This document shows, in pieces, positions 38,505 through 52,245 of a stretch of DNA of 63,390 bases. Location: contig NW_021831831.1 in the NCBI RefSeq assembly GCF_006345805.1, positions 1 through 63,390 of the forward strand. The letters are read 5' to 3'. Both the position numbers and the translations under genes were made by a program. Origin of the DNA: Octopus sinensis. Taxonomy: Eukaryota. Under the pieces are notes generated by a model. It ran no database searches and was not told the origin of the DNA. It was given only the letters and a program-made list of their open reading frames with translations. Position 1 is the stretch's first letter. Each line of letters starts with the position of its first letter.

Positions 38505-39162
38505 ATCATCATCATCACCATCATCATTATCATCATATGTTCTAACTTCATCTTATAATACAGCCCATGTTGCAACTATAGATTATCTAATATCCGCTAA
38601 ACATATATTTGTCGCTGTCCCCAAAACTGTGCGAGCGGAGCAGAAAGAGAGGGAGAGAAGGGGAGAAGAGAGAAAGAGAAGGAGATGGAAGGAGAGAGAA
38701 AGAGAATGACAGCAAGTGTGAATGTGAGCTAACAACCCGCTTACGAACTGGCCAAGATGCAGACCCCCCGGCTGTATTACGAAAATCTCTTATAGTAGAT
38801 TCGAATCAAAGTTTATTTATACTAAAATGATGGAATGTTTCCGACTGTGCCATCTGCATTTGGCGTGTTAGTATAACAGACAGAAGTAGGTCTTTGAGGT
38901 TTGCCGACAATTTGTCATAGTCGCAACGAAATAATGTGAAAAAATAATGTCAATAGGGCGTGCCTACCTGTCTGATTACGTTGACGGTTTAGCGCTCACA
39001 GTTATTATATTGGCTCCAAACTTTCGAATAAGGCCAGCAAGGGAGAGAGTAAGTCAATTATTACTTCGACCCCACTGCTCAACTGGTACGTATTTTATCG
39101 ACGCCGATGGGATGAAAAGCAAAGTCGACCTCGGTGGAATATGAACTCAGATAGACAATATA

Positions 39163-39395
39163 CCTATTTCTTTACTACCCACAAGGGGCTAAACACAGAG
39201 AGGACAAACAAGGACAGAAACACGGATTAATTCGATTACATCGACCTCAGTGCATAACTGGTACTTAATTTATCGACCCCGAAAGGATGAAAGGCAAAGT
39301 CGACCTCCGCGGAATTTGAACTCCAGAACTCAGCGGCGGACGAAATACCACAAAGCATTTCGCCCGGCGTGCTAACGTTTCTGCCAGCTCGCAGC
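39163..39395 (-). mobile_element. Family A SINE, full length, tail 2 (partial copy at 38975-39150)
   Basis: Same structure as 55962-56168. Confidence 0.9.
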
Positions 39396-39489
39396 CCTAT
39401 TCTTGCAGTTATTATATGCCCATATAAACGTTCCGGTTCTTCACGTACTGAGTTCAAATCATGCCGTGATCGATGCTGCTTTTCCACTA

Positions 39490-39709
39490 CAGTAATCCCT
39501 CGCCATATCACGGTTCACCTATCGTGGTTTATTATTTAAGCTTGTGTCGATTCCTCCGTGGTGTTGTTTTGCATTTATAATAAAATAAATATATACAAAT
39601 TGTAAAAATAATTTTTAAAATATACAGTACAATACTGTCTCTAGTTCACGGATTTTCACCTATCGCGGGTTTTTAGAAAGTAACACACGCGATAGTCGAG
39701 AAATTACTG
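39490..39709. mobile_element. pogo/Tc1-type MITE, 220 bp, TA TSD (degraded second copy 41208-41329)
   Basis: TA|cagtaatccctcgcc ... gcgatagtcgagaaattactg|TA terminal inverted repeats; internal ttgcatttataataaaata and cagtac.gtactgt blocks recur at 41.2 kb. Confidence 0.8.
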
Positions 39710-39931
39710 TATTCAGAATTGCTCGCTTCCTAGCCTCAGCTGGTAAACCGAGCCCTGTTTTCTTCCGCATAGCCACTAAGCATCCAGTGGCTATTCAAGA
39801 GAAAACCATGCTTACTTTACCAGCTGACAATCGGAAACGGGCAACTCTGAGTAATGAGCTATAAAAGAATACTCTACATTTGTATGAAGTCCTGTATTTA
39901 ATTTACCACTTCTGGTGAATCAAAAGAGATT

Positions 39932-40072
<141 letters not shown>

Positions 40073-41334
40073 GGCTAGATAGAGAGAGACAGACAGACAG
40101 ACAAATACACACATGCATACATACATTCGTTCGTACATACTTCAATACACGAATCTCAAATCCAAAGAAGGAACTGTTGCGAAATCTATTGCGATTTCAC
40201 TGTACTATACTTCTTTATTTCTTCCTTTTCTTTCTTTTTCTCTTTCCTCGAAGATAATTGGATGTTGTTTACGACTCTGTAATAGAGATGACAACCTCGG
40301 AACGAAGTGTAAATCTTCAAAGTAACGGAGTTAACAGCGCAAGTCTAATGCATTTTACTTAAATAATACTTCACTTAATGCGAGTGAACTAAAAGTTCCC
40401 GCTAAAGAGCGGGTAGAGCGAGGGATGTTCGGGGTTGGTTGATTATCACAATTGAAATGATGATATAAGCAGGAAGAGGAAACATTGAAGTGTTGAGTCT
40501 TAGAAGGGACTTTATATGATTGATACTGTTGAAAGTGGAAACGGCTGCAAGATACGAAATTAGCAGCTTCAATTTATTTGCTTTGCTGACTGCCATGATA
40601 AGATATATTAGATATTGTTTGTAGCCGATAAATAACCACATTAGGCAGACGACATGCTGGTATCTGTCTAAAGGAAAGTTAGTCTCTTAAGAGGGTTTTA
40701 ATTTAAAAGCCCTTAAAAAATATCAAAATATTTGTACCGTGACGAATGAAAATATTTCCAAAAACTAAAAGTATTATTTTTATTCTTTTTATCAAGTAAA
40801 AAATATGCTTGAATGTATGTGTATGAAATGCTCATGCACGTGTGTGTGTGTGTACTCGTATGTGTGTATATGTTCATGTGCAGTGCTGCGTATTTTAAAC
40901 GTTTTATAATTTTCATTTAGTGATCTATTTTGAACATTTAAAATGAATTTGAGCGAAAAAATAGGCATTTTGTTCACAGTGTAATTGTTTTTACTTTCGC
41001 ATTAGATCAAACATAATTACGATGTTCAGATAGCTTTATAAATACATAAATAAATACAGTATATAAATACATACATACATTATATACATATATTATATAC
41101 ATAGCTACATACATACATTGCATACATGAAAGAAAACACGTAGTGTACCATAGATGAACAAACAAAGAATCGTACAAATTATATGGAAAACGAAACACGG
41201 GAGGCGAGTGTTGCATTTATAATAAAATATATATATATAAATTATAAAAACTAATAAAAATTACATACAGGACAGTACTGTTTCTTCTTTGCAGATTTTC
41301 TATCGCGGAAGATTTTGGAACGTACTGTATTTGT

Positions 41335-41374
<40 letters not shown>

Positions 41375-42327
41375 ACTAAGTCTGGTAATCCTCGCTGTAT
41401 TGCTACATTGAAGCAAATGAAACTCGACTGGAAAACAAATTGCTAGACGTAGGGTAATGATTCTAACGATTTTGTTTGCTTGAAGTTTTGGAGATCAGAA
41501 ATTGATACAAAATCAACGGGATAAAAATAATCTCAAATTATTTTCTTAAATAATCTCAAGTTATTTTCTTAAATGTGAGAAAGATCGAGAGAGTGCGTAG
41601 AGTAAGCGAACAGAAAAGCTGTTTCTGAAGATTTTAAACACAAACACTTATCTGACCGGAAATTTTGTCACTGAACCAGTTTATAAAACCCATAAAAAAT
41701 TTTTTGTAATTAATATATGTGGGTGGAATTTTTTTTCATTTTTTTTTTTTTTTTACAAATTATTTCCCCGTTAAATAAACGAATAATATTTGCACCAGTC
41801 TTGGCAACGATCCACTCATCGACTTTTGACAGAAGGGATAGTGTACCTGATGTTTATTTCTGTGAACATTCCTTGGTATGCGAGTCGTATAAACCCACCG
41901 GACGCCACATTACAGTGCATAAAAAAAATATTTAATATATCTTGACACAATGTCAAAAACAACATACATTATCCTGCAATTAAACGTGTGTCTGACATTT
42001 GAAGGAGATAACAAACGGTAAATGAGAAGACACGTAAAGAAACGGTTCGTAGGAGAGTAATAAAAACAAATAAATACAAGGAAAATTAGAGATCAAACGA
42101 AAACTAGCTGCAGAACATGTGTTAAACCAGAAGGAAATATTCTATATTGCTTACTTTGATGAATAAGTTCCGGAGATGTACTTGTTTAGCAAGAGATTTC
42201 ATCTGAAATCATACATTAAGATCAAAACTAAAGACATCATCGTACAGCCATTAAAAAACAGACACACTGTATTTGATGACATGAAGACACGTGAGCTTAT
42301 TAGATGCAGCCCAATATCCGCAGCGCA

Positions 42328-42527
42328 TTCTTTTACTTGTTTCAGTCATTAGACAGCGGCCATGCTGGGGCATCGCCTTCAAGAATTTTAATCGATTTCA
42401 TCGACCCTAGCACTTATTTTCTTTTTTTAAACCTAATACTTATTCGGTTTCTTTTGCCGAGCCACAAAGTTACGGGGACATAATCATACCAACACCGGTT
42501 GTCAAGCGGTGGTGAGGGACAAACACA
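42328..42527 (-). mobile_element. Family B SINE 3' half (smaller pieces at 613-715, 31810-31960, 33925-34050, 42960-43030, 48080-48170, 56619-56680, 62385-62470)
   Basis: tcttttacttgtttcagtcatt..gcggccatgctggggca and aagttacggggac blocks. Confidence 0.8.
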
Positions 42528-43214
42528 CAAACATGTATATATTCTGGTCATTTCATCAAGTTAAACTTTTACTCCCTATACGTTTTTTTTTCTCTCTCCG
42601 TTTATTTTTTTTTTATTTTTCTTCCTCTCTCCATTTCTTCCTTTCAATCTTTTTCGTCAAAGAGCGTAGGCTCGAAACGTGGAGAACTTTTTCATTCTTC
42701 CTGAGCGTCAAACTAAGACACCTACTTGTTGTTCCTTCACTTGTCTTCGTCTTTTGTTCTCTGTAAATTTGAATGCATTTTTAGCGCATTAAAGCATGTA
42801 ATATAGGCTCCAGTGTCGCACATAGAGCCCGGGGTGGTTTCTTATACATTTGGGGGATGGAGAGTATGTCTTATACCCCATCAAATATGATTACACAGTT
42901 ATGTTCATTTTTTTTTATCTATTACTTAATGATAATACTCTTTTTAGCTATCTTTAGTCGTTAACCAATGGCCATGCTGGGGCACCGCCATAAAGAAGTT
43001 TAGTCGATCAAATCAATCCTGGTATCTATTTCAGTCTTCAATGAAGTGTCAGAATCTTCACCCGTACATTTGTAACCTTTCCACGGATACTCAGATACTC
43101 TTTTCCACAGTAAAGTGGAGTATTAGTGACCAGATGAAACATCAACGTATTAGTGACAAGGTAGAGTATGTACAACAAAAGACTTCGTTATTAATGATTA
43201 TTATGAGGAAATAT

Positions 43215-43395
43215 GGTAGCGAGCTGGCGGAATCGTTAGCATGCCGGGCGAAATGCGTAGCGGTACTTTGTCCGTCTTTCCGTTCTGAATTCAAATTCCA
43301 CCGAAGTTGACTTTGCCTTTCATCTTCTAATCGTCGATAAAACATGTACCAGTTAAATACTTGGGTTGATGTAATCAACTTAGTCCTCCCCCAAC
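43215..43395 (+). mobile_element. Family A SINE
   Basis: gcgagctggcggaatcgttagc head; tgaattcaaattcc; ttgactttgcctttcatc core. Confidence 0.85.
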
Positions 43396-43711
43396 ATTGC
43401 TATTATCAAGAAATATTATTAAGAAATACAAATAGTTTATACAATAACATAAGAATGATTTTAATAGACTAACACGGTTTTATTATGATGTACCTAAAAG
43501 GATTTGGTGATTATATAACCCTTGGTTCGTGCTAACCCAAAACAACCATTCCAACCCTTCACTAGGAAGAGTGTTGCAAACTGTTACCAGGATATCATCC
43601 AATAATTGAATGTTTTATTGTTTTGTTTTAATGGTAGGGTTTATTTTGGAAGTAGATTAGCCTTTATTTTTAGTAAATGAAGCGACTACGTCGAGGTTCC
43701 CCTCTCTCTCT

Positions 43712-43791
<80 letters not shown>

Positions 43792-44559
43792 GTTCGACTC
43801 AAAATAGGAGGCGCTGCTCGAATGTAAAGGCGTTTCTAGAATGTAAGGGAAGTAACCCAGTAAAGATTAGCTTTCGTTAGCAAGCGAGTCTTCTCTTCGA
43901 GTTTCTACGGCATTATTTTCCAATCAGTTGGTTGGATATACCTCAGAAGAAATTCTGGTCTAGCACTGACGACTCTTACTGAAAAATTCCCATTTAAATT
44001 ATTGGAACTTGTCTTGTGAAAGAGAAACGTGTCTATTTTACATATAATTAATTAAAAAATAAGTTTCGAGAAAAGCCAATGTGAAAGAAATAAAACGAAA
44101 AGAAGAATTCAGATTATACCATCAATAAAAATGTGTGTATATTACATAGGTTTACGGTAAAACAGTATTTTTTTTTCAATGTTCTGCTCACATCTCCATC
44201 AGGCAAACAAAAAAAGGCAGAATCTGCAGGTTATGTTGTCTCAAGATGTTATCGTAAGTGACATGGCGGTGGCCTTTGAGTACAAAGGCTTCGTTTACAT
44301 TTTACAAATGGATGATATCAAGAATACACAACCGCGCACACGCGCACACATGCAAATAGTTTATCTCATTAATTTCAGCTTTCAGACTATCAACGAGATT
44401 TTCACTCTTTGAATCTTTCTTGCTTTCTCTCTCTCTTGCTCTCTCGCAATCGTTTAGGTGAATATATGTGCATGCACATGAATGCATGCGTGTATATATA
44501 TATATATATATAGGGACGCGTGCATTTAATGCATACGTACATATATATATATAGATAGG

Positions 44560-44633
<74 letters not shown>

Positions 44634-44661
44634 TGTATGCATGTATGTATGTATAAATATG

Positions 44662-44709
<48 letters not shown>

Positions 44710-44723
44710 ACATATATATATAC

Positions 44724-44774
<51 letters not shown>

Positions 44775-44800
44775 CTACATATATATATAAACATAAATAT

Positions 44801-44841
<41 letters not shown>

Positions 44842-46329
44842 TATACATAAATATAGAAAGATAGATAGATAGATAGTTAGACATCACAATTGTAATAGTG
44901 TTAATACCTAACCCATCTGCTCTCTCCCCTCTCCCTCCAACTCCCCACCTCTCCACCTCTCTCTCTCTCTCTCTCTCCCTCTGGTTCTGTTTCGACCTCC
45001 TCATCCAATCTCCGTCCATTCCTCCCCAAACGTTTACCCTTCAATTAGTGTCAGTGATCTCATGATGATTATATTAAGATACAGAATATAAAGTGCACAA
45101 TCGTTGTTGTACACAGACGCGTAGACCAACTGAGTATGGTTAGTAGATAGCAAATGGGGGAGGGTTGTCACATAAATTCATTCGTTTTTGTTTGCTTTTT
45201 TTGTTTTGTTTTGTTTTGTTTTTGTTTTCTATTTGGCGCTCCCTCGTCATACTTCCGATACGACCTAAAATTTAATTAAAATTTCAAAGACGATAAACAA
45301 AAGTTGCCAAGAAAGAATTGTACTACAAAAAAAATCATAAAACTCTACCATAAAAAGTATTTTTCAAGTTAATTCAAATAATATTAGGAAGAATTAAAAT
45401 ACAGATATGAGTAAAAGTAAATATACAGTTGCTTATTAAGAACGGAATGTTTTTTTCATTTCTTTATTTCTTTTTTAAGATAGGAATTCTGTGACTCTAC
45501 GTTCTTTTTAACTAATTTTTTCTATAATAAAATTATTTCAGATATTTATTACGAGGCTGGAAATATGACCAACGCTAAAAGGAGGGTGGATTGTCAAGCA
45601 GGAAACAGAGAATGCAGAAATGATTGGGCAGAAATTGACTGAAGAATTTCAAAGACCAGCTCCGTCCAGATTAACATTTTACAGAAAACGTGTCAAATTT
45701 GGGCAGACTGGATCCATCTGCAATGCACAGAAAAATGGTCGAGTGGTTAGTGTTATCACTGAAGAAAATGAAATGCTTAAATCTCAAGCTTCCACTCAAA
45801 ATCCCCAGAAATCCCCAAAAAAAAAAACAAAGAAAAAGAAAAAGTAAAAGGGCTTCCAATGAACCAAGCATCTCCCGCAGATCGCTCAGAAATAGAGAAA
45901 TGAAAAGAACATTCCACTCAGATTAAGCAACTCTGTACCTACTTTTTACCACCCCTGTACATTGGGGTAGGGATGACGAACAAATTTATATGACAGCCTA
46001 ATTGATTAATCAAACGGCAACATGAATTCTTATTCTAATAAGAGACGGAGATTGTGGGTGAGCCTCATTCTCCCTTTTGTTATGTTGTCCCCTTAACTAT
46101 TTTTTTTAGCTAACTCAAGGGCAACGAGAATAAAAAGGAAATGAAGACCAGATGTACCATAATCCTGGAATGTTCTAGTATAATGTCTGTTATGCTCTTT
46201 TTCATGTTGTTTTTTTTATTATTCTACCTTCTCCCATTATTGTTAGTATTTGTTTTATTTTCAGCCTTTCACTTTCTTATTTCTATTTAAAAACCCTTAA
46301 ACTTCATAATTTATTTAACATTTTCCGGT

Positions 46330-46660
46330 CCAGGCTTTAGTCAGAAAATATTGAGATATCTTTCAGAAAGCATAGATTTTCGCTTGTGTTTTTCGCATTT
46401 GTATCTGAACTACTCGTTTTGATCTCGTCAGTCTCAATAAACATGTCCCAGAACACTGAAGCCAGATCGCTACCATGTACCATGTTTGGTACATCCTTAT
46501 ACCACTTCTTATTGTCACCATATTGTTCCATGGTAAACGTTACTGAGAATCGCTTGTGTTTCTAGACACTCTGGTTTAGCAAAAGTATGCTGTTCAGAGT
46601 GATATAGCATCAGCCAAATGCTGGCTGCAAATGACTAGCATCCACCTTCCAAAGCCGCTG
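46330..46660 (-). mobile_element. R4/Dong-clade LINE fragment (RLE domain)
   Basis: KKWYKDVPNMVHGSDLASVFWDMFIETDEIKTSSSDTNAKN....CFLKDISIFSD matches WY.H.P..V......ILWD..IQTD..I...RPD...D.SIP.D; upstream FAKPECL..HGTI resembles the LAK.EY..RH..HW region. Confidence 0.7.
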
Positions 46661-46696
46661 GCGTTGAACCGGAATTAAAAGCAATGATTATTTATT

Positions 46697-47238
46697 GAGT
46701 GAGAGAGCAGTTCATGCCATCAAAGTGACACTGGGGTAAAATATGCGAAGCCCTATATACCCAACATGACTACTTATCTGATAAGTGTACACCAGGCACA
46801 TGCATCACAACCATATGTGGTGATCGCATATCAAGATAAACAGCGCATGACATTGCAGGTGGGGCCCAGTTAAAATTTTCTTCAGGTCCAGTAGCCCATC
46901 CCACTCAATAGGTCCCTGAATAAGGTTTGTTTAAGAATGATGAATGAAACACCTATGTAACCAGTGGCGAATTATTCAAACCCCAAAGAATTCCTTTCAA
47001 CACATGGCTATGATGTTCCCCCACTACTTCTGCTCATGATCAGAGATGTACATATTGTCAGCCACTAAGGGACATGCTCAACTGGTTACGGTCAAACAAA
47101 TGGCAAGCAAATCTGTGGTATTGAGCAGAATATTTGCTGTAGTTCATCTTTTATACCAAGACAAAACAATGGACCATGATAACACTTCCAATCAGTTAAG
47201 ATCAGAAGCCACGAGAGCCACTGCCTGGTACTGCATCA
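46697..47238 (-). mobile_element. ~550 bp (AAT)n-associated element, near full length
   Basis: Collinear with 60446-60992; plus-strand ends attgagtgagagagc... and ...gcctggtactgcatca. Confidence 0.93.
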
Positions 47239-47320
47239 TTTCGTTTGCCTTTAGGTTCTGAGTTCAAATGTCTCCGAGGTCGACTTTGCCTTTCATCCCT
47301 CAAAATCTCAGGCCTTGTAA
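47239..47320 (+). mobile_element. Family A SINE fragment
   Basis: gttctgagttcaaat..ccgaggtcgactttgcctttcatcc. Confidence 0.75.
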
Positions 47321-49244
47321 TAGAAGGAATTGCTGTTATTGTTGTTGTTGCTGTTGTTGTTGTCGTTGTTGTTAGACTCAGTTTTCCACAGCTGCAGTCC
47401 TGGGACCTAGAGTGTCGTCAGATTCTCAAAGCCCTCTGACAGTCTGACAATGCAGTCAGTGGAAGCTCCATCATAGCTTTGTATGAAGGAATTATTGGCG
47501 ACAAAATTCCATTGACGGGTGTTTTGTCTGATCTACAGCACTGGGCTCAACCTCACCTCCTCACTATAATCATCAAAGGTGAACGGTTTCACTGAGCAGC
47601 AGTAAACACATCTTAGCGATTGCCACAGACTCCCACTCTCAAATTCCAAGTTGCAAGAGATTTCCGATTTCTTTTAATGCCAGAAATGGTTTAGTATCAC
47701 TCTTAAAACACAGGCAAATATATGTGGGGGTAGGCTACAATCTCACATCTGTTATAATATAAACAGTCATCAAATATTACACTAGGCTACTGTGATTCCT
47801 ACCTACACGAATGACTGGTGTCATTAATTTTTTTGCAACTCTTCTTATTTTTAATATGACTGTAGTTTCCTTTATATATATATCTTAACTATACTCTTGT
47901 TATTGGGATCTAGATTTTTTATTGTCAAACTCTATGCTAATTATCACATACTACTTTATATTTCCAAGGGGCAACGTGAAAGTTAAACAATATCAACCGC
48001 TTAGTGTCAGACAAATTATGTAAGCCGTTTGAGCGACGAGAGCAAAATTTCTTGTGAGACTGTTCAGATTACTTTTCCGCTTTTACTCGTTTCGGTTATT
48101 AGACGACGATCATGCTCGAGTACCACCTTGAAGGGATCAGTCAGTCATATCGACACCAGTGCTTATTTTTGTAAACCCTGTTATTTATTCGACAAGTACA
48201 GGGGACAACTTCGGGCATGTTTACATCATTTATGATCTCACGAGTTAAAGACCTGCCTGTGTTTGCAACAATAGGCAAGAGCGAACAATGGGAACTACTG
48301 AGTCTATGGTTCGCTGAAGAATAATACCGAAACATATCCTGGGTATTTATATTACTGCTGAATATATTCTTTAGTATTGAGTGGGAAAAGAAATTTGTTA
48401 CGCCTCCTCTGAGGAGCGGCTAACGAACTACGAAGCGGTCCGTCTCTACCTGTTATTTCCGCACATCGGAAAATAAGAAAGTGGGATATTTTTATTTCCG
48501 TATTTGTTCATCTGTATCATTTTATGAATAGATCTGAAGTTAGAAAATGATTTCTACATAAAGAAGACGTGGTGAGGAAACTGTTTATAGGTGTACAGAT
48601 AATTGTTTGTTTATTTTTATTGGATTTGATTATTTTATCGAGTGAGTTATGCTGACACCCACCTTGAAAATTAGTCACTGTAGAAAACATCCACCTAAAT
48701 TACCCTCTTTATAAATGTAATTATGATCTCTGAAATTCCAACACGAAATATGTAGGTGTTGGTAAGATAAATTCTAACTTTAACAGTTTCATTAAGTACG
48801 AATGACGTCAGTAATGGAAGAACAAACATGGTCAGTAAGAAAGAGCATTTCTTTAAAGATAGAGAAAAATAAACAAAACTGTGGAGTGTTGCCAGAACAG
48901 GAGGGAAAAAATTGAAATAAATGACGATGAGAATACCTTTCCAAGTTAATATAATGCGTAAAATATTCCATTCTTTTAATCGTTAAGATTCTTCTAGAAG
49001 GAAAGTGACGTCTGTTCTAGATAGCCTTTTCGCATATTTTTTATATTGTTTCTTATAATAATGAAAAAAAAGACATTAACTCTAACCGAGAGAGAGACAC
49101 CCTTATCATGAATTGCTACGTGCAAGGCTAAAACATTATACTCTTCCCGAACAATTGATTAAATAACAATATTGACCTTGACTTAAGAATTCCCATCCAT
49201 TATTTTATAGTCATGTGATACAGTTGAAATAAATCTCTCTCTCT

Positions 49245-49397
49245 ATTGCGTGGTGAGAAGCTTGCTTCTCAACCACATGGTTCCAGGCTGTCCCACTGCG
49301 TGTCTAATTGGGCAAGTGTCTTCTACTATAGCCTCGGGCCGACCAAAGCCTTGTGAGTGCATTTGGTAGATGAAAACTGAAAGAAGCCCGTCGCATA
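49245..49397 (+). mobile_element. Family B SINE head/core
   Basis: gtggtgagaagcttgcttctcaaccacatggttcc...gggcaagtgtcttctactatagcctcgggccgaccaaagcc. Confidence 0.85.
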
Positions 49398-50474
49398 CAT
49401 ATATATATATATGTGTGTGTGTATTCTTTTATTCTTAACTGTGGAACTAAGTCTAAAGAGACGATAAAACAATAACATAATATTCAGAGGTTTATCACTA
49501 AAAAATGTAAAAAATTTGCACTCAGAATATTCCGATCTTACAACAACTGTTTGGTTTTGATAGTATTCATACACGGCCTTTTACAGAAGTACCTCATTAC
49601 GAATGCGTAAAGAAAAATGGTGCGCAATAGTTCAGAATTTACAACCACAATGACGCAGTAAGATGATGAGAACTTTAAAATTTGTGTTCTCAAATTTACG
49701 AATGATTTATTTGTTTAAAACAACCGTGTTAAAGATAATATAACAGTGAAAAACAATCTACGAAATTTTCATAGTTTGGTTTTTGGAGGATAAACTATTA
49801 ATTGTAGAAGAAATAAACAAGTAAGATTTCACAGTTGCATCTTTGTTCGATGTTAAAGCTTCACAAAATTGCGTTCTGTTCGTTTTCTTATTTAAGACAT
49901 ATTTACTTAGTAACGAAACATTTTTCAAACTCTTTCATGCCAACGATGAAGGCCGTGGGTTTGAAATGTTAGGATTTTAGTTAATACTTTTCACTATCAA
50001 TAAAGAATTGAATGTGTTTAATCTTCGGTATTTGTGTGGGAAATATTACGTTAATGAATCGTCTACATATTACTCAAAAAATAGTTCCTTCCTTTTCAAT
50101 TTAATCATCGCTTTTAGTAGCGATGTATATTTCAATATCAGATAATTTAAATCAATTTCTTAACTGAGATGAAGGTAAACAAATCATTGATGTATAAACA
50201 ATAAGACGTGATTGAGAAATTCGTTGTAGGTATTATGACGTGTGCTTAATTTATCAAAAACTTTTCAATATAAATATGCCTTATCCCTAGGCTATTTCAA
50301 CAATAAAAATCGATGCATAGATTAAATAAATTCTGATCTAATTACAATGTAATGTTAATATATGCTCCAGTACTTCTTTCGATCATGGAGAAACGTTGGC
50401 CTGCTCGCCTAAGGCTGAAATAATGCAAAAAGCGCATTGTGACCAGCGATGTGTGTCAACATTGGCCTTGAGAT

Positions 50475-50543
<69 letters not shown>

Positions 50544-51112
50544 TGCTGTGTAATTTATGGATTCATAGAATCGTGTGGTTATCACAGGAAGCTCTTCTAC
50601 AGTACTCGGCTAACAGACAACATAATAATCCAATACAGAGGAGACTATGTAGACTTCCATGCAGCCGAAATCCAAGTCGTCCGATCGATGCACACACACA
50701 CACAAACACACACAAACACACACATACGCATACATACATACACGCATATATATATATTATATATATATATTATATATATATATATATTATATATATATAT
50801 ACTACACTGGTACTTGTAGAACTACAAAAGATCCGCAAAAATTTAAATATATCATTTTGAAATAAAGCAGTCAAATAATCAAAATCATCACTATTTTTAC
50901 TAAAATACCAAAGGTTGTTTAATCTCAGGTCAAGCCTGACTGAACAAACCAATGATCCAGAACACTTCCCCCAAGAGTGAAATATTTGATGTGTTCTTTC
51001 TGAATGTGAAGATTATTTTTTGTCTGTGGTGAGGTGTAATTTATTACGGCTGTCATGGTAATAATAATATTTAGATATGTTTCTCTCATTTAAAATATTT
51101 CAACTCTGTAAT

Positions 51113-51818
51113 GAAAATTAGCGAAAGCTTGAGAAAACTAACGAAAACCAGCGAAAACTAGCGAAAGCTAGTAAAGGCTAGCGGGAGTTAACTAAAACTA
51201 GCGAAAGCTAGCGAGATTTAGCTAAAACTAGCAAAAGCTAGCGAGATTTAGATGAAACAAGTGAAAGCTAGCGAGAGTTAGCTAAAACTGGCAAAAGCTA
51301 GCGAGATTTAGATGAAACAAGTGAAAGCTAGCGAGATTTAGCTAAAACTAGCAAAACCTAGCGAGATTTAGATGAAGCAAGTGAAAGCTAGCGAGATTTA
51401 GCTAAAACTAGCAAAACCTAGCGAGATTTAGATGAAGCAAGTGAAAGCTAGCGAGAGTTAGCTAAAACTGGCAAAAAGCTAGCGAGATTTAGATGAAGCA
51501 AGTGAAAGCTAGCGAGAGTTAGCTAAAACTGGCAAAAGCTAGCGAGATTTAGATGAAGCAAGTGAAAGCTAGCGAGAGTTAGCTAAAACTGGCAAAAGCT
51601 AGCGAGATTTAGATGAAGCAAGTGAAAGCTAGCGAGAGTTAGCTAAAACTGGCAAAAGCTAGCGAGATTTAGATGAAGCAAGTGAAAGCTAGCGAGAGTT
51701 AGCTAAAACTGGCAAAAGCTAGCGAGATTTAGATGAAGCAAGTGAAAGCTAGCGAGAGTTAGCTAAAACTGGCAAAAGCTGGCACGCACGAGCGAAAGCA
51801 AGCGAATACTAGCGAGAC
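51113..51818. repeat. Higher-order minisatellite: 10 bp monomers -> 30 bp -> 60 bp units (~9 units, last five identical)
   Basis: 60-mer gaaagctagc-gagagttagc-taaaactggc-aaaagctagc-gagatttaga-tgaagcaagt; 51481-51780 is five perfect copies; stops in all six frames. Confidence 0.95.
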
Positions 51819-52127
51819 TGTTTCAACATTCTTTTGTGCTCCCGCTGCTTATAGCAACGTGCTTTTTAAAGTTAATTGGCCAATGCCATTAAGCGTTAAG
51901 GGAATTAATTCCATATAAACAAATGTGGGTAGTAAAGTCTTTAAAGTAGGTAAATGATAATCAGATGGCTGAAACGTGACCTTGGGCTACAGCATTGGCA
52001 CTGGTGATGAAAATCTAAATTAGATCATATGATTGTCAAACACATGTTTTCTCTTGGTTTTAACTTGAAAATTATTTTACTGCTAGATTTTGTTGCTTTA
52101 TGTAACATATATACAATCATATGTATG

Positions 52128-52166
<39 letters not shown>

Positions 52167-52213
52167 TATATCATATATATATATACATACACATACACAT
52201 ATACACACACGCA

Positions 52214-52245
<32 letters not shown>

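Noticed and set aside
51113-51818. CRISPR-like array
   Set aside because: No unique spacers, eukaryotic context; it is a head-to-tail tandem repeat.
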